DNA from: Candidatus Blautia excrementipullorum
GTDB taxonomy: Bacteria; Bacillota; Clostridia; Lachnospirales; Lachnospiraceae
Direction of reading: 5' to 3'
NCBI GenBank assembly: GCA_019118645.1
Contig: DWYN01000149.1
Coordinates: 1,277 to 65,276 of the forward strand
Length of the DNA: 64,000 nucleotides
How positions within the stretch are numbered: the first letter of the stretch is position 1; every line of letters begins with the position of its first letter. Positions 21,441-31,218 of the stretch are shown piece after piece. The position numbers and the translations under genes are program-made. The notes under the pieces are model-generated. The model did not search any database. It worked only from the letters and a program-made list of their open reading frames with translations, and was not told the DNA's origin.

Positions 21441-21755
21441 ATGGGCAAAAAAATCGTAATACTAAACGGCAGTCCAAGAAAAAAGGGAAATACTTCAGCC
21501 CTTGTAAAAGCTTTTACAGAAGGGGCGGAGAACGCAGGAAATACTGTACGGAATTTTTTCTGAACAGCATGAATATTCACGGCTGCAGAGGGGCACAGCT
21601 TTGACGATGTTGTTCTTTACTATGATCATCTGATGGAACACTTGAAATGGGAAAATCTTGGACACGTCCTTGCGGGAGGAAACGGAGACGTGGGCGATAT
21701 TGAAGGGAAGCCTGAACTAAAAGAGGCCTATGAACTGGGACAGTCCATAAAGTAG
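21441..21755 (+). pseudogene. Second flavodoxin-like gene with frameshift and internal deletion
   Basis: MGKKIVILNGSPRKKGNTSALVKAF..., frameshift near 21550, IHGCRG then jumps to ..YYDHLMEHLKWENLG..ELKEAYELGQSIK*. Confidence 0.8.
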
Positions 21756-21791
21756 CTTTCGCATAACAATCAAATAAAGAGAAGATATAAG

Positions 21792-21819
21792 AGCCAGGTC
21801 TGTATGAGGCCTGGCTTTT
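21792..21819 (+). terminator. Intrinsic terminator
   Basis: AGCCAGGTCT-5-AGGCCTGGCTTTT. Confidence 0.7.
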
Positions 21820-21901
21820 GTGTGGATTTTATCTTAAAAAGTGATAAAAAAAGTCAAGTATTTTATTTTATACAATGAAGAGAGCCTATGTTCTTGAATT
21901 A

Positions 21902-21949
21902 GTACAATATATACCTTGACTGAATGTATCAGTATACTATATATTGTTG
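21902..21949 (+). promoter_or_regulatory. pfl promoter overlapped by two NrdR-box-like sites
   Basis: TTGACT (21916) / TATATT (21940); GTACAATATATACCTT and ATACTATATATTGTTG, 32 bp apart. Confidence 0.6.
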
Positions 21950-22002
21950 CCATAAGATGTGTGTTATAAAAACTGCATTTAACAAAGTCAAGGAGGAAAT
22001 TT

Positions 22003-24102
22003 ATGAGACAGGAATGGGATTCATTCAAAGGAGGCGTATGGGAAAAAGAAATCAATGTTCGTGATTTCATCCAGAAAAATTACACACCTTATGAGGGTGA
22101 CGAGTCTTTTCTGGCCGGCCCAACAGAAGCGACAAAAGAATTATGGGCGCAGGTTATGGAGCTGTCTGAAGAGGAGCGCAAAAAAGGCGGCGTGCTTGAT
22201 ATGGACACCCATATTATTTCTACGATTACCTCTCACGGTCCGGGATATCTGAATAAGGACAAGGAAAAAATCGTGGGATTTCAGACAGATAAACCTTTTA
22301 AACGTGCGCTGCAGCCGAACGGCGGTATCCGTATGGCGGTAAAGGCCTGCGAAGAAAACGGCTATCATGTGGATCCGGAGATCGTAGATTTTTACACAAA
22401 ATACCGCAAGACACATAACGACGGTGTATTTGACGCCTACTCACCGGAAATGCGTGCCTGCCGCTCCAGCCATATTATCACAGGTCTTCCGGATGCTTAC
22501 GGGCGCGGACGTATTATCGGAGATTACAGACGTGTGGCTCTGTACGGAGTAGACCGGCTGATCGAAGATAAAGAAGAGCAGAAAGCCGGAACACGAAGCA
22601 ACATGTACGAAGATGTCATCCGCAACCGCGAGGAGCTGTCCGAGCAGATCAAAGCTCTGAAGGAACTGAAGCAGCTGGGAACTATTTACGGATACGATAT
22701 CTCCAAACCTGCCACCAACGTACAGGAGGCTATCCAGTGGCTGTATTTCGGATACCTGGCAGCCATCAAGGAACAGAACGGTGCAGCGATGTCCCTTGGA
22801 CGTACCTCTACCTTCCTTGATATTTATGCAGAAAGAGATTTAAAAAACGGAACCTTCACAGAAGAGGAAATTCAGGAATTCATCGATCACTTTATCATGA
22901 AGCTCCGCCTGGTGAAATTTGCCAGAACTCCTGAGTACAACGCACTGTTTTCCGGAGATCCTACCTGGGTGACTGAATCGATCGGCGGTATGGGAATCGA
23001 CGGAAGAAGCATGGTGACAAAGATGTCCTTCCGGTACCTTCACACACTGGAGAACCTGGGACCGGCTCCGGAGCCGAACCTGACGATTCTCTGGTCCACC
23101 AGACTTCCGAAAAACTTTAAGCGTTTCTGCGCTAAGACTTCTATCGCTTCCTCATCTATTCAGTATGAAAATGACGATCTGATGAGAGTGACCCATGGAG
23201 ACGACTACGCTATCGCATGCTGTGTGTCTTCTATGAGAGTAGGAAAAGAAATGCAGTTCTTCGGCGCCCGGGCAAACCTGGCAAAATGTCTTCTCTATGC
23301 TATCAACGGCGGTGTAGACGAGATTACCAAGAAGCAGGTGGGACCGAAATATCGTCCGATTACTTCTGAGTACCTTGATTACGATGAGGTAATGGAACGC
23401 TACAATGATATGAGCCGCTGGCTGTCCCATGTTTATGTGAATGCTCTGAACATTATCCATTACATGCACGACAAATACTGCTATGAGCGTATTCAGATGG
23501 CTCTTCATGATAAGAATGTTACCAGATGGTTTGCCACCGGTATTGCGGGACTTTCTGTTATTACCGATTCTCTCTCCGCAATCAAGTACGCAAAAGTTAA
23601 AACGATCCGTGATGAAAACGGAATTGTAGTGGACTTTGAGGTAGAGGGAGATTATCCGAAATTCGGCAATGACGATGACCGTGTGGACGAGATTGCTTAT
23701 AAGATTGTGAAAGATTTCATGCATTATGTGGGAACCACACAGACCTACCGGGGAGGTATTCCTACAACCTCTATTCTGACCATTACTTCCAATGTAGTAT
23801 ACGGCAAGAATACAGGAGCCACACCGGACGGACGCAAGGCGGGAGAACCGTTTGCGCCGGGAGCGAACCCCATGCACGGAAGAGACAGCCATGGCGCGGT
23901 AGCATCTCTGAGCTCTGTTGCGAAACTTCCGTTCAAAGAGTGCCAGGACGGTATTTCCAATACCTTCTCCATTATCCCGGGAGCTCTCGGAAAAGAGGAT
24001 ATGGTAATGCTGGATTCCATCAGTCTGGACGACCTCAGCTTTTCCATGGAGCCGGACTGCGCATGCTGTGAACCAAATCTTACAGTAGAAGACGATTTAT
24101 AA
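22003..24102 (+). CDS. pflB: Pyruvate formate-lyase catalytic subunit lacking the glycyl-radical domain
   Basis: [25 protein letters not shown] active-site cysteines, [11 protein letters not shown]; no RVSGY; extra C-terminal tail. Confidence 0.95.
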   Translation: MRQEWDSFKGGVWEKEINVRDFIQKNYTPYEGDESFLAGPTEATKELWAQVMELSEEERKKGGVLDMDTHIISTITSHGPGYLNKDKEKIVGFQTDKPFKRALQPNGGIRMAVKACEENGYHVDPEIVDFYTKYRKTHNDGVFDAYSPEMRACRSSHIITGLPDAYGRGRIIGDYRRVALYGVDRLIEDKEEQKAGTRSNMYEDVIRNREELSEQIKALKELKQLGTIYGYDISKPATNVQEAIQWLYFGYLAAIKEQNGAAMSLGRTSTFLDIYAERDLKNGTFTEEEIQEFIDHFIMKLRLVKFARTPEYNALFSGDPTWVTESIGGMGIDGRSMVTKMSFRYLHTLENLGPAPEPNLTILWSTRLPKNFKRFCAKTSIASSSIQYENDDLMRVTHGDDYAIACCVSSMRVGKEMQFFGARANLAKCLLYAINGGVDEITKKQVGPKYRPITSEYLDYDEVMERYNDMSRWLSHVYVNALNIIHYMHDKYCYERIQMALHDKNVTRWFATGIAGLSVITDSLSAIKYAKVKTIRDENGIVVDFEVEGDYPKFGNDDDRVDEIAYKIVKDFMHYVGTTQTYRGGIPTTSILTITSNVVYGKNTGATPDGRKAGEPFAPGANPMHGRDSHGAVASLSSVAKLPFKECQDGISNTFSIIPGALGKEDMVMLDSISLDDLSFSMEPDCACCEPNLTVEDDL

Positions 24103-24129
24103 TAAACCCAAATAAGGAGGACTTTTAAT

Positions 24130-24372
24130 ATGAATATCAGTGACGCACAGGTTGACAACTTGGTAAATCTGCTGGATGGCTATGCAGAAAAAGGAGGCCA
24201 TCACTTAAACGTAAACGTATTTACAAGGGACACACTTCTGGATGCACAGGCACATCCGGAGAAATATCCTCAGCTTACTGTTCGTGTTTCCGGTTATGCA
24301 GTAAACTTTAATAAGCTGACCAAAGAGCAGCAGGATGAGGTAATTTCCAGAACTTTCCACGAAGGAATGTAA
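24130..24372 (+). CDS. Stand-alone glycyl-radical domain of PFL (GrcA/YfiD-like)
   Basis: [32 protein letters not shown]; own RBS TAAGGAGG. Confidence 0.95.
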   Translation: MNISDAQVDNLVNLLDGYAEKGGHHLNVNVFTRDTLLDAQAHPEKYPQLTVRVSGYAVNFNKLTKEQQDEVISRTFHEGM

Positions 24373-24374
24373 GA

Positions 24375-25139
24375 ATGATGCAGAATGAATGTAACCTGAA
24401 GGGACATATTCATTCCACTGAGAGCTTCGGGACCGTTGACGGTCCCGGAGTTCGTTTTGTTGTATTTTTTCAGGGATGCCCCATGCGATGCCTGTACTGC
24501 CATAACCCGGATACCTGGACGCCGGGGGAAGGGAAGGAAATGACGGTGGAGGATATACTGAAAGAATACCGCAGAAACGAGGTGTTCTATAAATCCGGCG
24601 GAATTACCGCCACGGGAGGAGAGCCGCTCATGCAGCTTCCTTTTTTGACTGCGCTTTTTGCAGAGGCAAAAAAAGAAGGTATCCATACCTGTCTGGATAC
24701 CTCGGGGATTATGTACCGCAGGGAAAAACAGCCGGATTATGAGAAGCTGTTTCGGGTACTGGATCTTGTGCTTCTTGATTTTAAACACAGTTCGGAAGAA
24801 GAGCATAAAAAGCTGACCGCGCAGAGCCAGACGCATATTCTGGAATTTGCCGGGGCGCTGGAAAAAGCGGGAATACCTATGGTAGCCCGCCATGTTGTGG
24901 TTCCGGGAATCACAGATTCACCGGATCACCTCAGCCGTCTGGGCCGGATGATCGGTGCTTTTCGAAATCTGAAAGGTCTGGAGGTTCTTCCCTACCATAC
25001 TATGGGTGCGGCAAAATACAAAAATCTGGAAATGCCGTATCCCCTGGAGGGCGTGGAAAATCTGCCTCCGGAAAAGGCAAAAGAAGCCAGGAGACAGATT
25101 TTGGACGGTATTCGTCAGGTGAGATCAGGGAAAGCCTGA
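24375..25139 (+). CDS. pflA: Pyruvate formate-lyase activating enzyme (radical SAM)
   Basis: ESFGTVDGPG, CPMRCLYCHNPDTW, GGEP, LPYH. Confidence 0.96.
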   Translation: MMQNECNLKGHIHSTESFGTVDGPGVRFVVFFQGCPMRCLYCHNPDTWTPGEGKEMTVEDILKEYRRNEVFYKSGGITATGGEPLMQLPFLTALFAEAKKEGIHTCLDTSGIMYRREKQPDYEKLFRVLDLVLLDFKHSSEEEHKKLTAQSQTHILEFAGALEKAGIPMVARHVVVPGITDSPDHLSRLGRMIGAFRNLKGLEVLPYHTMGAAKYKNLEMPYPLEGVENLPPEKAKEARRQILDGIRQVRSGKA

Positions 25140-25177
25140 AACGGAACCGGAGCCGAGGGCGCCGGCCGCTTCACTGA

Positions 25178-25477
25178 TTATCCCTGTAGATACCCAGCCC
25201 TACTGCAGCTGCAAGGATCAGAATTAAGAGTACATGCATTTGTTTTCACCCCCTCTGATTTTAATTCAAAATATTTTTCCTGAAGATCCCGGGCTGTTAC
25301 ATTGTGAAACTGCTCGGGATACTTTTTCAGATATTGCTGCAAAAGCGAGAAAATTTCGTATTTCACAGATGGAATCCCTCCTCTTGAACGATGCCTTACA
25401 CGATGGAAGCTGGTGAAGAAGTTTTTCATCTTCACCGATCCGTCCTGATATCTTTGTATATGGTAATTGTATTGCAT
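25178..25477 (-). other. Uncertain 99-aa ORF or gene remnant divergent from AraC gene
   Basis: No clear RBS; only the central segment looks protein-like. Confidence 0.25.
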
Positions 25478-25565
25478 ATTTGAGTGATTTTATATATAAT
25501 TAAAGATGAATTATATAAAAATAACGACAAAATAATACATATCAGCAAGTGAAAGAGGCGGCATA

Positions 25566-26495
25566 TTGGAAACAAAAGGAAGAATGATTCACGCGGGGCG
25601 GATACAGATTTCGGATAATCAGAGAGAATCTATCCGGGGGCTTACAACGGAATATCCTTATATCATGCACTATTCTGATTTTGACAGAGAGTCTATTCCC
25701 TGGCACTGGCACGAAGAAGTGGAATTTGGCCATGTCATTCAGGGGGAGCTGGAAGTAGTCACAGCGGAACGCACTTATCTCTTCAAAAAAGACGAAGGAT
25801 ATTTTATGAACGGGAATGTACTTTCCTGTATGCATAAGCGGCCGGGAGCAGGCGGTACTCTGGTTTATACGCATCTGTTTCATCCTGTGTTTCTCAGCGG
25901 ACATTTCCGGAGTATTTTTGAAACAAAATATATGAATCCGGTGATTCATAATAAGAACATTGAGCTTTTGGAACTGAGAGGAGAGAGTGACCGGCAGAAA
26001 AAGATTCTTTCCTGTCTGCGGAAAGCAGATTTTCTGCAGCGGGATCTGGATTCAGAGTTTCAGACAAGAAATATTTTTTCGGAAATATGGCTCCTTCTGC
26101 TGGAGGAGATCAGGAACCGGCCCCAGAGCCCGGTAAACCTGAAAAACCAGGACAGGATACAGACGATGCTTTCTTTTATCCATCAGAATTATATGGAAAA
26201 AATCCGCCTGGAGGATATTGCCGCATCGGCAGCTGTCAGTTCCAGAGAATGCCTCAGATGCTTCCGGAACACCATACGGAAATCCCCGGCAGAGTATCTG
26301 ACCGAATACCGGCTGGGAATGGCGCAGAAGATGCTGAGAGAGACAGAAATGTCGATTACGGAAATCAGTTTCGCGGCAGGCTTCTCCTCCAACGCCTATT
26401 TCGGAAAGATTTTCAGAGAAAAATATAGAATTACGCCGGCAAAATACAGAGAGCAGGCCTCAAGTCCGCTTGACAAACCCCATACAAATGAGTAG
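25566..26495 (+). CDS. AraC family regulator with cupin domain
   Basis: WHWHEEVEF; C-terminal ITEISFAAGFSSNAYFGKIFR...TP..YR. Confidence 0.92.
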   Translation: METKGRMIHAGRIQISDNQRESIRGLTTEYPYIMHYSDFDRESIPWHWHEEVEFGHVIQGELEVVTAERTYLFKKDEGYFMNGNVLSCMHKRPGAGGTLVYTHLFHPVFLSGHFRSIFETKYMNPVIHNKNIELLELRGESDRQKKILSCLRKADFLQRDLDSEFQTRNIFSEIWLLLLEEIRNRPQSPVNLKNQDRIQTMLSFIHQNYMEKIRLEDIAASAAVSSRECLRCFRNTIRKSPAEYLTEYRLGMAQKMLRETEMSITEISFAAGFSSNAYFGKIFREKYRITPAKYREQASSPLDKPHTNE

Positions 26496-26498
26496 AAT
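26470..26498 (+). promoter_or_regulatory. sigma-A promoter of leuS, inside the 3' end of the AraC gene
   Basis: TTGACA-17-TAGAAT. Confidence 0.75.
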
Positions 26499-26575
26499 GA
26501 CAAAAGGAATAAATATGCATAATTCTCTTAAATACGGGAGAATTTTGAATATAGACAACAGGAGGAAAAGAAGCG

Positions 26576-28990
26576 ATGGCTGTACCTTATAATCATAAGG
26601 CAATCGAAGCAAAATGGCGTGTAAACTGGGAGAAAAATCCGGTAAACGTCAATGACGGCAAGAAACCCAAATATTACTGTCTGGATATGTTCCCATATCC
26701 GTCAGGAAACGGACTTCATGTAGGCCACTGGAGGGGCTATGTTATCTCTGATGTATGGAGCCGTTATAAAATGCTGCAGGGATATTATCTGATTCATCCC
26801 ATGGGATGGGATGCGTTCGGCCTCCCGGCAGAAAATTACGCGATTAAGATGGGGGTTCATCCGGCTGTTTCCACAGCGGAAAACATAAAAAACATCAAAA
26901 AGCAGATCAACGATATTGCTGCAATTTACGACTGGGATATGGAAGTCAACACGACCGATCCGAAGTTTTACAAATGGACGCAGTGGATTTTTGTAAAAAT
27001 GTTCAAAGAAGGTCTGGCGTATGAGAAGGAATTCCCCATTAACTGGTGTCCTTCCTGTAAGACCGGACTTGCCAATGAGGAAGTGGTAAACGGCTGCTGC
27101 GAGCGCTGCGGCTCTCCTGTAACCAAAAAGAATCTGCGTCAGTGGATGCTTCGCATCACGAAATACGCGGACCGTCTTCTGAACGATCTTGACAAGCTGG
27201 ACTGGCCGGAAAAGGTCAAGAAGATGCAGACAGACTGGATCGGAAAATCCTACGGAGCGGAAGTGGATTTCCCTATCGATGGAAGAGAAGAAAAAATCAC
27301 CGTCTACACCACAAGACCGGATACCCTTCACGGCGCAACCTTTATGGTGCTTGCTCCGGAACATAAGCTGGCTGCAGAGCTGGCAACGCCTGAGACGAAA
27401 GAAGCTGTGGAAAAGTATATTTATGACGCTTCCATGAAATCGAATGTGGACCGTCTTCAGGATAAGGAAAAGACCGGCGTATTTACAGGCTCTTACGCAG
27501 TCAACCCGCTGAACGGAAAGAAGATTCCGATCTGGCTGTCCGATTATGTACTGGCTGACTACGGCACAGGAGCCATCATGTGCGTACCGGCTCATGATGA
27601 CCGTGACTTTGAATTTGCTACAAAATTCAATATTCCGATTATCCAGGTAATTGCAAAAGACGGAAAAGAAATTAAAAATATGACAGAAGCATATACAGAC
27701 GCTTCCGGAACAATGATCAACTCCGGCGACTGGAATGGTATGGAATCCGCAGTGCTGAAAAAAGAAGCCCCCATGATGATTGAAAAAATGGGAATCGGAC
27801 GGAAAACCGTAAACTATAAGCTTCGTGACTGGGTGTTCTCCCGCCAGCGTTACTGGGGCGAGCCTATTCCGATCGTGCACTGTCCGAAATGCGGCGCGGT
27901 TCCGGTACCGGAGGATCAGCTTCCTCTGACGCTTCCGGAAGTCGAGAGCTATCAGCCGACCGGAACGGGAGAGTCTCCTCTGGCAGCCATTGATGAATGG
28001 GTAAACACTACTTGTCCGTGCTGCGGCGGCCCGGCCAAGAGAGAGACAAACACAATGCCTCAGTGGGCAGGTTCTTCCTGGTATTTCCTGCGCTATGTGG
28101 ACAATAAGAACGATAAAGAGCTGGTATCCAGAGAAAAAGCCGACAAATATCTCCCGGTTGATATGTACATCGGCGGCGTGGAGCATGCGGTTCTTCATCT
28201 TCTGTATTCCAGATTTTATACGAAATTCCTGTATGATATCGGTGTGATTGATTTTGACGAGCCATTTAAGAAACTGTTCAACCAGGGTATGATTACAGGA
28301 AAGAACGGCATCAAGATGAGCAAATCCAAAGGGAATGTGGTTTCTCCCGATGATCTGGTGCGCGACTACGGCTGCGATTCCCTGAGAATGTATGAGCTTT
28401 TTGTAGGTCCTCCGGAACTGGACGCAGAGTGGGATGACAGGGGAATCGACGGTGTTTCCCGCTTCCTGAAACGATTCTGGAATCTTGCTCTTGACAGCAT
28501 CGAAGCAGATGTTCCGGAAACAAAAGAAATGGTTAAGATCCGTCATAAGATGGTCTATGATATTACACAGCGCTTGGAGGCCTTCAGCCTGAATACGGTA
28601 ATTTCCGGCTTCATGGAATATACCAATAAGATGATCGATCTTGCAAAAAAGGCCGGCGGCATGGACAAAGAAACCATCCGCACGGCAACGATCCTTCTGG
28701 CTCCTTTTGTTCCCCATGTGGCGGAGGAAATCTGGGAGCGGCTTGGCAATACGGATTCTGTATTCCACGCACAGTGGCCGGCTCATGACGAGGAAGCCAT
28801 GAAAGATGACGAGATTGAGATTCCGGTTCAGATTAATGGAAAGACCCGTGCCGTAATCGGCATTCCGGCGGAAATTTCCAAAGAGGATGCAATTGCGAAA
28901 GGCAAAGAAGCGATTGCAGATAAGCTCACCGGAAACATCATTAAGGAAATTTATGTTCCGAAAAAAATCATCAATATTGTTATGAAATAG
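26576..28990 (+). CDS. leuS: Leucyl-tRNA synthetase
   Basis: MFPYPSG, HVGH, TTRPDT, KMSKS. Confidence 0.98.
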   Translation: MAVPYNHKAIEAKWRVNWEKNPVNVNDGKKPKYYCLDMFPYPSGNGLHVGHWRGYVISDVWSRYKMLQGYYLIHPMGWDAFGLPAENYAIKMGVHPAVSTAENIKNIKKQINDIAAIYDWDMEVNTTDPKFYKWTQWIFVKMFKEGLAYEKEFPINWCPSCKTGLANEEVVNGCCERCGSPVTKKNLRQWMLRITKYADRLLNDLDKLDWPEKVKKMQTDWIGKSYGAEVDFPIDGREEKITVYTTRPDTLHGATFMVLAPEHKLAAELATPETKEAVEKYIYDASMKSNVDRLQDKEKTGVFTGSYAVNPLNGKKIPIWLSDYVLADYGTGAIMCVPAHDDRDFEFATKFNIPIIQVIAKDGKEIKNMTEAYTDASGTMINSGDWNGMESAVLKKEAPMMIEKMGIGRKTVNYKLRDWVFSRQRYWGEPIPIVHCPKCGAVPVPEDQLPLTLPEVESYQPTGTGESPLAAIDEWVNTTCPCCGGPAKRETNTMPQWAGSSWYFLRYVDNKNDKELVSREKADKYLPVDMYIGGVEHAVLHLLYSRFYTKFLYDIGVIDFDEPFKKLFNQGMITGKNGIKMSKSKGNVVSPDDLVRDYGCDSLRMYELFVGPPELDAEWDDRGIDGVSRFLKRFWNLALDSIEADVPETKEMVKIRHKMVYDITQRLEAFSLNTVISGFMEYTNKMIDLAKKAGGMDKETIRTATILLAPFVPHVAEEIWERLGNTDSVFHAQWPAHDEEAMKDDEIEIPVQINGKTRAVIGIPAEISKEDAIAKGKEAIADKLTGNIIKEIYVPKKIINIVMK

Positions 28991-29003
28991 AATCAGGAGA
29001 TCA

Positions 29004-29768
29004 ATGGTTTTAAAAGAATTTTTCCAGAAGCATCCCAAAGCCGCCCTTGGATTTTCCGGTGGGGTCGACTCTGCCTTTCTGCTGTATGCAGGGAAGAAAT
29101 ATGGCGCGGATATCCGGCCATATTTCATAAAGACAGCATTCCAGCCGGAATTTGAACTTCAGGATGCTTTGCGGCTGACAAAAGAACTTGGAACAGACCT
29201 TGCAGTAATTGAGTGTGATATTTTGGCGGAGACTCAGGTGGCGGAAAACCCGCCGGACCGTTGTTATTACTGCAAATCTGTCCTTTTCGGCACCTTAAAA
29301 AGACAGGCGGCAAAAGACGGATACGAAGTTCTCCTTGACGGTACAAATGCTTCCGATGAAGCCTCCGACCGTCCGGGAATGCAGGCGGTACAGGAATTAA
29401 AGGTACTGTCCCCCCTGAGAGAATGCGGCCTCTCCAAAACAGAAATCCGGAGACTCTCCAGAGAGGCCGGCCTTTTTACCTGGGAAAAGCCGTCCTACGC
29501 CTGTCTTGCAACCAGAGTCCCCTCCGGAGAGCTCATTACGGAAGAACTTTTGGAAAAAATAGAAAAAGGCGAGGCTGCCCTGACGGAACTGGGCTTTTCT
29601 GATTTTCGCATAAGGCTGTACCATAAGGCAGCCAGAATTCAGCTTCCGGAACAGCAGCTTGATCTTATGCTTCAAAATAGAGAAGCCGTTCTCAGAAAAC
29701 TGGAGCCATATTTTGACGCCGTCATGCTGGATCTTGGGGTGAGAGAGTCAGACCTGACAAATCAATAA
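29004..29768 (+). CDS. larE: LarE-family ATP-dependent sulfur transferase (PP-loop)
   Basis: FSGGVDS, RCYYCK, DGTN..D..DRPG, PSYACLATR. Confidence 0.85.
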   Translation: MVLKEFFQKHPKAALGFSGGVDSAFLLYAGKKYGADIRPYFIKTAFQPEFELQDALRLTKELGTDLAVIECDILAETQVAENPPDRCYYCKSVLFGTLKRQAAKDGYEVLLDGTNASDEASDRPGMQAVQELKVLSPLRECGLSKTEIRRLSREAGLFTWEKPSYACLATRVPSGELITEELLEKIEKGEAALTELGFSDFRIRLYHKAARIQLPEQQLDLMLQNREAVLRKLEPYFDAVMLDLGVRESDLTNQ

Positions 29769-29784
29769 GAATTCTGCAGGCAGA

Positions 29785-30084
29785 TCAGCGCAGGTTTTCT
29801 GCATAACTGTGTTCAGTAAGCTCAGACAGAATTTCTATTTTTTTATTAATCATAGGGCGCATGCAATTTGGAACGTGTTCCTGGTGAGCTCTGTGAATAG
29901 CGACACATTCTTTGCAGTTCCCATGATAGCGGCAGGCTTTCCGGCAGGTGCAGTGATCTTTTTCTGCATATTCTGTCCGGAAAGCTGCTGCGAATTCTTC
30001 CTGGATCCGAAGTCCCTCCTTCCGGTTTCCTTTATGAAATTCCTTCATAGCTCTTTTTTCAATTTCGTTTCCATCAATAATCAT
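29785..30084 (-). CDS. Small Cys/His-rich hypothetical protein (probable metal binder)
   Basis: AAGGAGGA RBS; CTC..C.YHGNC.ECV..HR..QEHVPNC. Confidence 0.75.
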   Translation of the reverse strand: MIIDGNEIEKRAMKEFHKGNRKEGLRIQEEFAAAFRTEYAEKDHCTCRKACRYHGNCKECVAIHRAHQEHVPNCMRPMINKKIEILSELTEHSYAENLR

Positions 30085-30249
30085 ATGTCTTCCTCCTTTT
30101 TGCAGATATTATATTATCACAATATAAAATAGAAAAATATCGGATAATCTGGTAAAATATATATGAAAATATCCAAATTCTATTTTGCATAAAAGTGCAG
30201 ATCCTGGGAAAACGATCTTTTCAACTGCACTGTTCAGGAGGGAAAATAT

Positions 30250-31152
30250 ATGAATCCGGATAACAGGCACTCCGAACCGATCTATTCGCACAATCCATAT
30301 CACAGCACAAAATTCCCCCTCCTTGTCCTTGACGTAAAAAAGGAGAACTGTGTTCCCGACAACGAAGGATTCCGTGTTCTTCACTGGCATGAAGAGGTTC
30401 AGTTTGTGTATGTCAAAAGAGGAACGGTGCATTTCAAAATATGGGAAAGGGAATACGACCTTCCGGCTGGAAACGGCATGTTTCTTAACGCAAACGTCAT
30501 GCACTGGATTATGGGGACAGAGGACTGCCATTACCACAGTTTTCTGATTCCTGCGAAAATGCTTGGCTTTTATGAGGGAAGCGCCATGCAGGAAAAATGT
30601 GTGGAGAGAATAATCAAAAATCCAGGGGTAACAAACAAAAGGCTGTCTCCGGAAAATGACAGGGAAGAAAAAGCGCTGGAAAGACTTCGGGAGCTGGATA
30701 AGCTGTATTTTGGCGGCCGGCGGGATGAATTTCGGGAATATGAATTGTCTCTTTGCATTGCAGGTTTGTGGCTGGAAACGGCCCGTATTCTGATCAATGA
30801 AGAGGAGATGCCTCTGATCCGGAAAAAAGATCACAGCAGAATTCAGGCGCTTCTCACTTTCATTCATGAAAATTACCAGAAAAAACTTTCCCTTGAAGAT
30901 ATTGCGGCGTACGGCAATGTGAGTAAATCAGAATGTCTGCGGTGTTTTCAAAAATATACAGGCTGCTCTCCTTATCAATATCTGCTGAAATACCGTCTTC
31001 AGGCAGGAGCAGCTCTTTTAAAGAGTACGGACGATTCGGTGACAGAAATCGCCCTTCAGCTGCAGTTTCCTTCAGCAAGTGCGTTTATTGCGGCTTTTCG
31101 CCGCTTTTTCGGAATGACGCCTTCTGCATACAGGAGACAGAACAGAAACTGA
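30250..31152 (+). CDS. AraC family regulator with cupin domain
   Basis: LHWHEEVQF; C-terminal VTEIA..LQFPSASAFI..FRR..GMTP. Confidence 0.92.
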   Translation: MNPDNRHSEPIYSHNPYHSTKFPLLVLDVKKENCVPDNEGFRVLHWHEEVQFVYVKRGTVHFKIWEREYDLPAGNGMFLNANVMHWIMGTEDCHYHSFLIPAKMLGFYEGSAMQEKCVERIIKNPGVTNKRLSPENDREEKALERLRELDKLYFGGRRDEFREYELSLCIAGLWLETARILINEEEMPLIRKKDHSRIQALLTFIHENYQKKLSLEDIAAYGNVSKSECLRCFQKYTGCSPYQYLLKYRLQAGAALLKSTDDSVTEIALQLQFPSASAFIAAFRRFFGMTPSAYRRQNRN

Positions 31153-31218
31153 CGGACAGGAGTATTTTTCGCTTTGGATGATAATAGCATCGATGTACAG
31201 AAAAAGGAGGAAATTGTT

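Noticed and set aside
24100-24130. Stop read-through or intein/intron restoring full-length PFL (both ORFs share a frame)
   Set aside because: Two consecutive TAA stops, a strong internal RBS and no splicing signatures; separate translation is simpler.
25178-25477. 99-aa ORF as a fourth component of the PFL system
   Set aside because: Opposite strand, no RBS and no recognisable motif; more likely a remnant or spurious.
26702-29128. 808-aa antisense ORF over leuS (similar ones over the EF-G paralog, ldhA, cls and oadA)
   Set aside because: Shadow ORFs caused by scarce TTA/CTA/TCA codons in sense genes; no motifs, RBS or protein-like composition.
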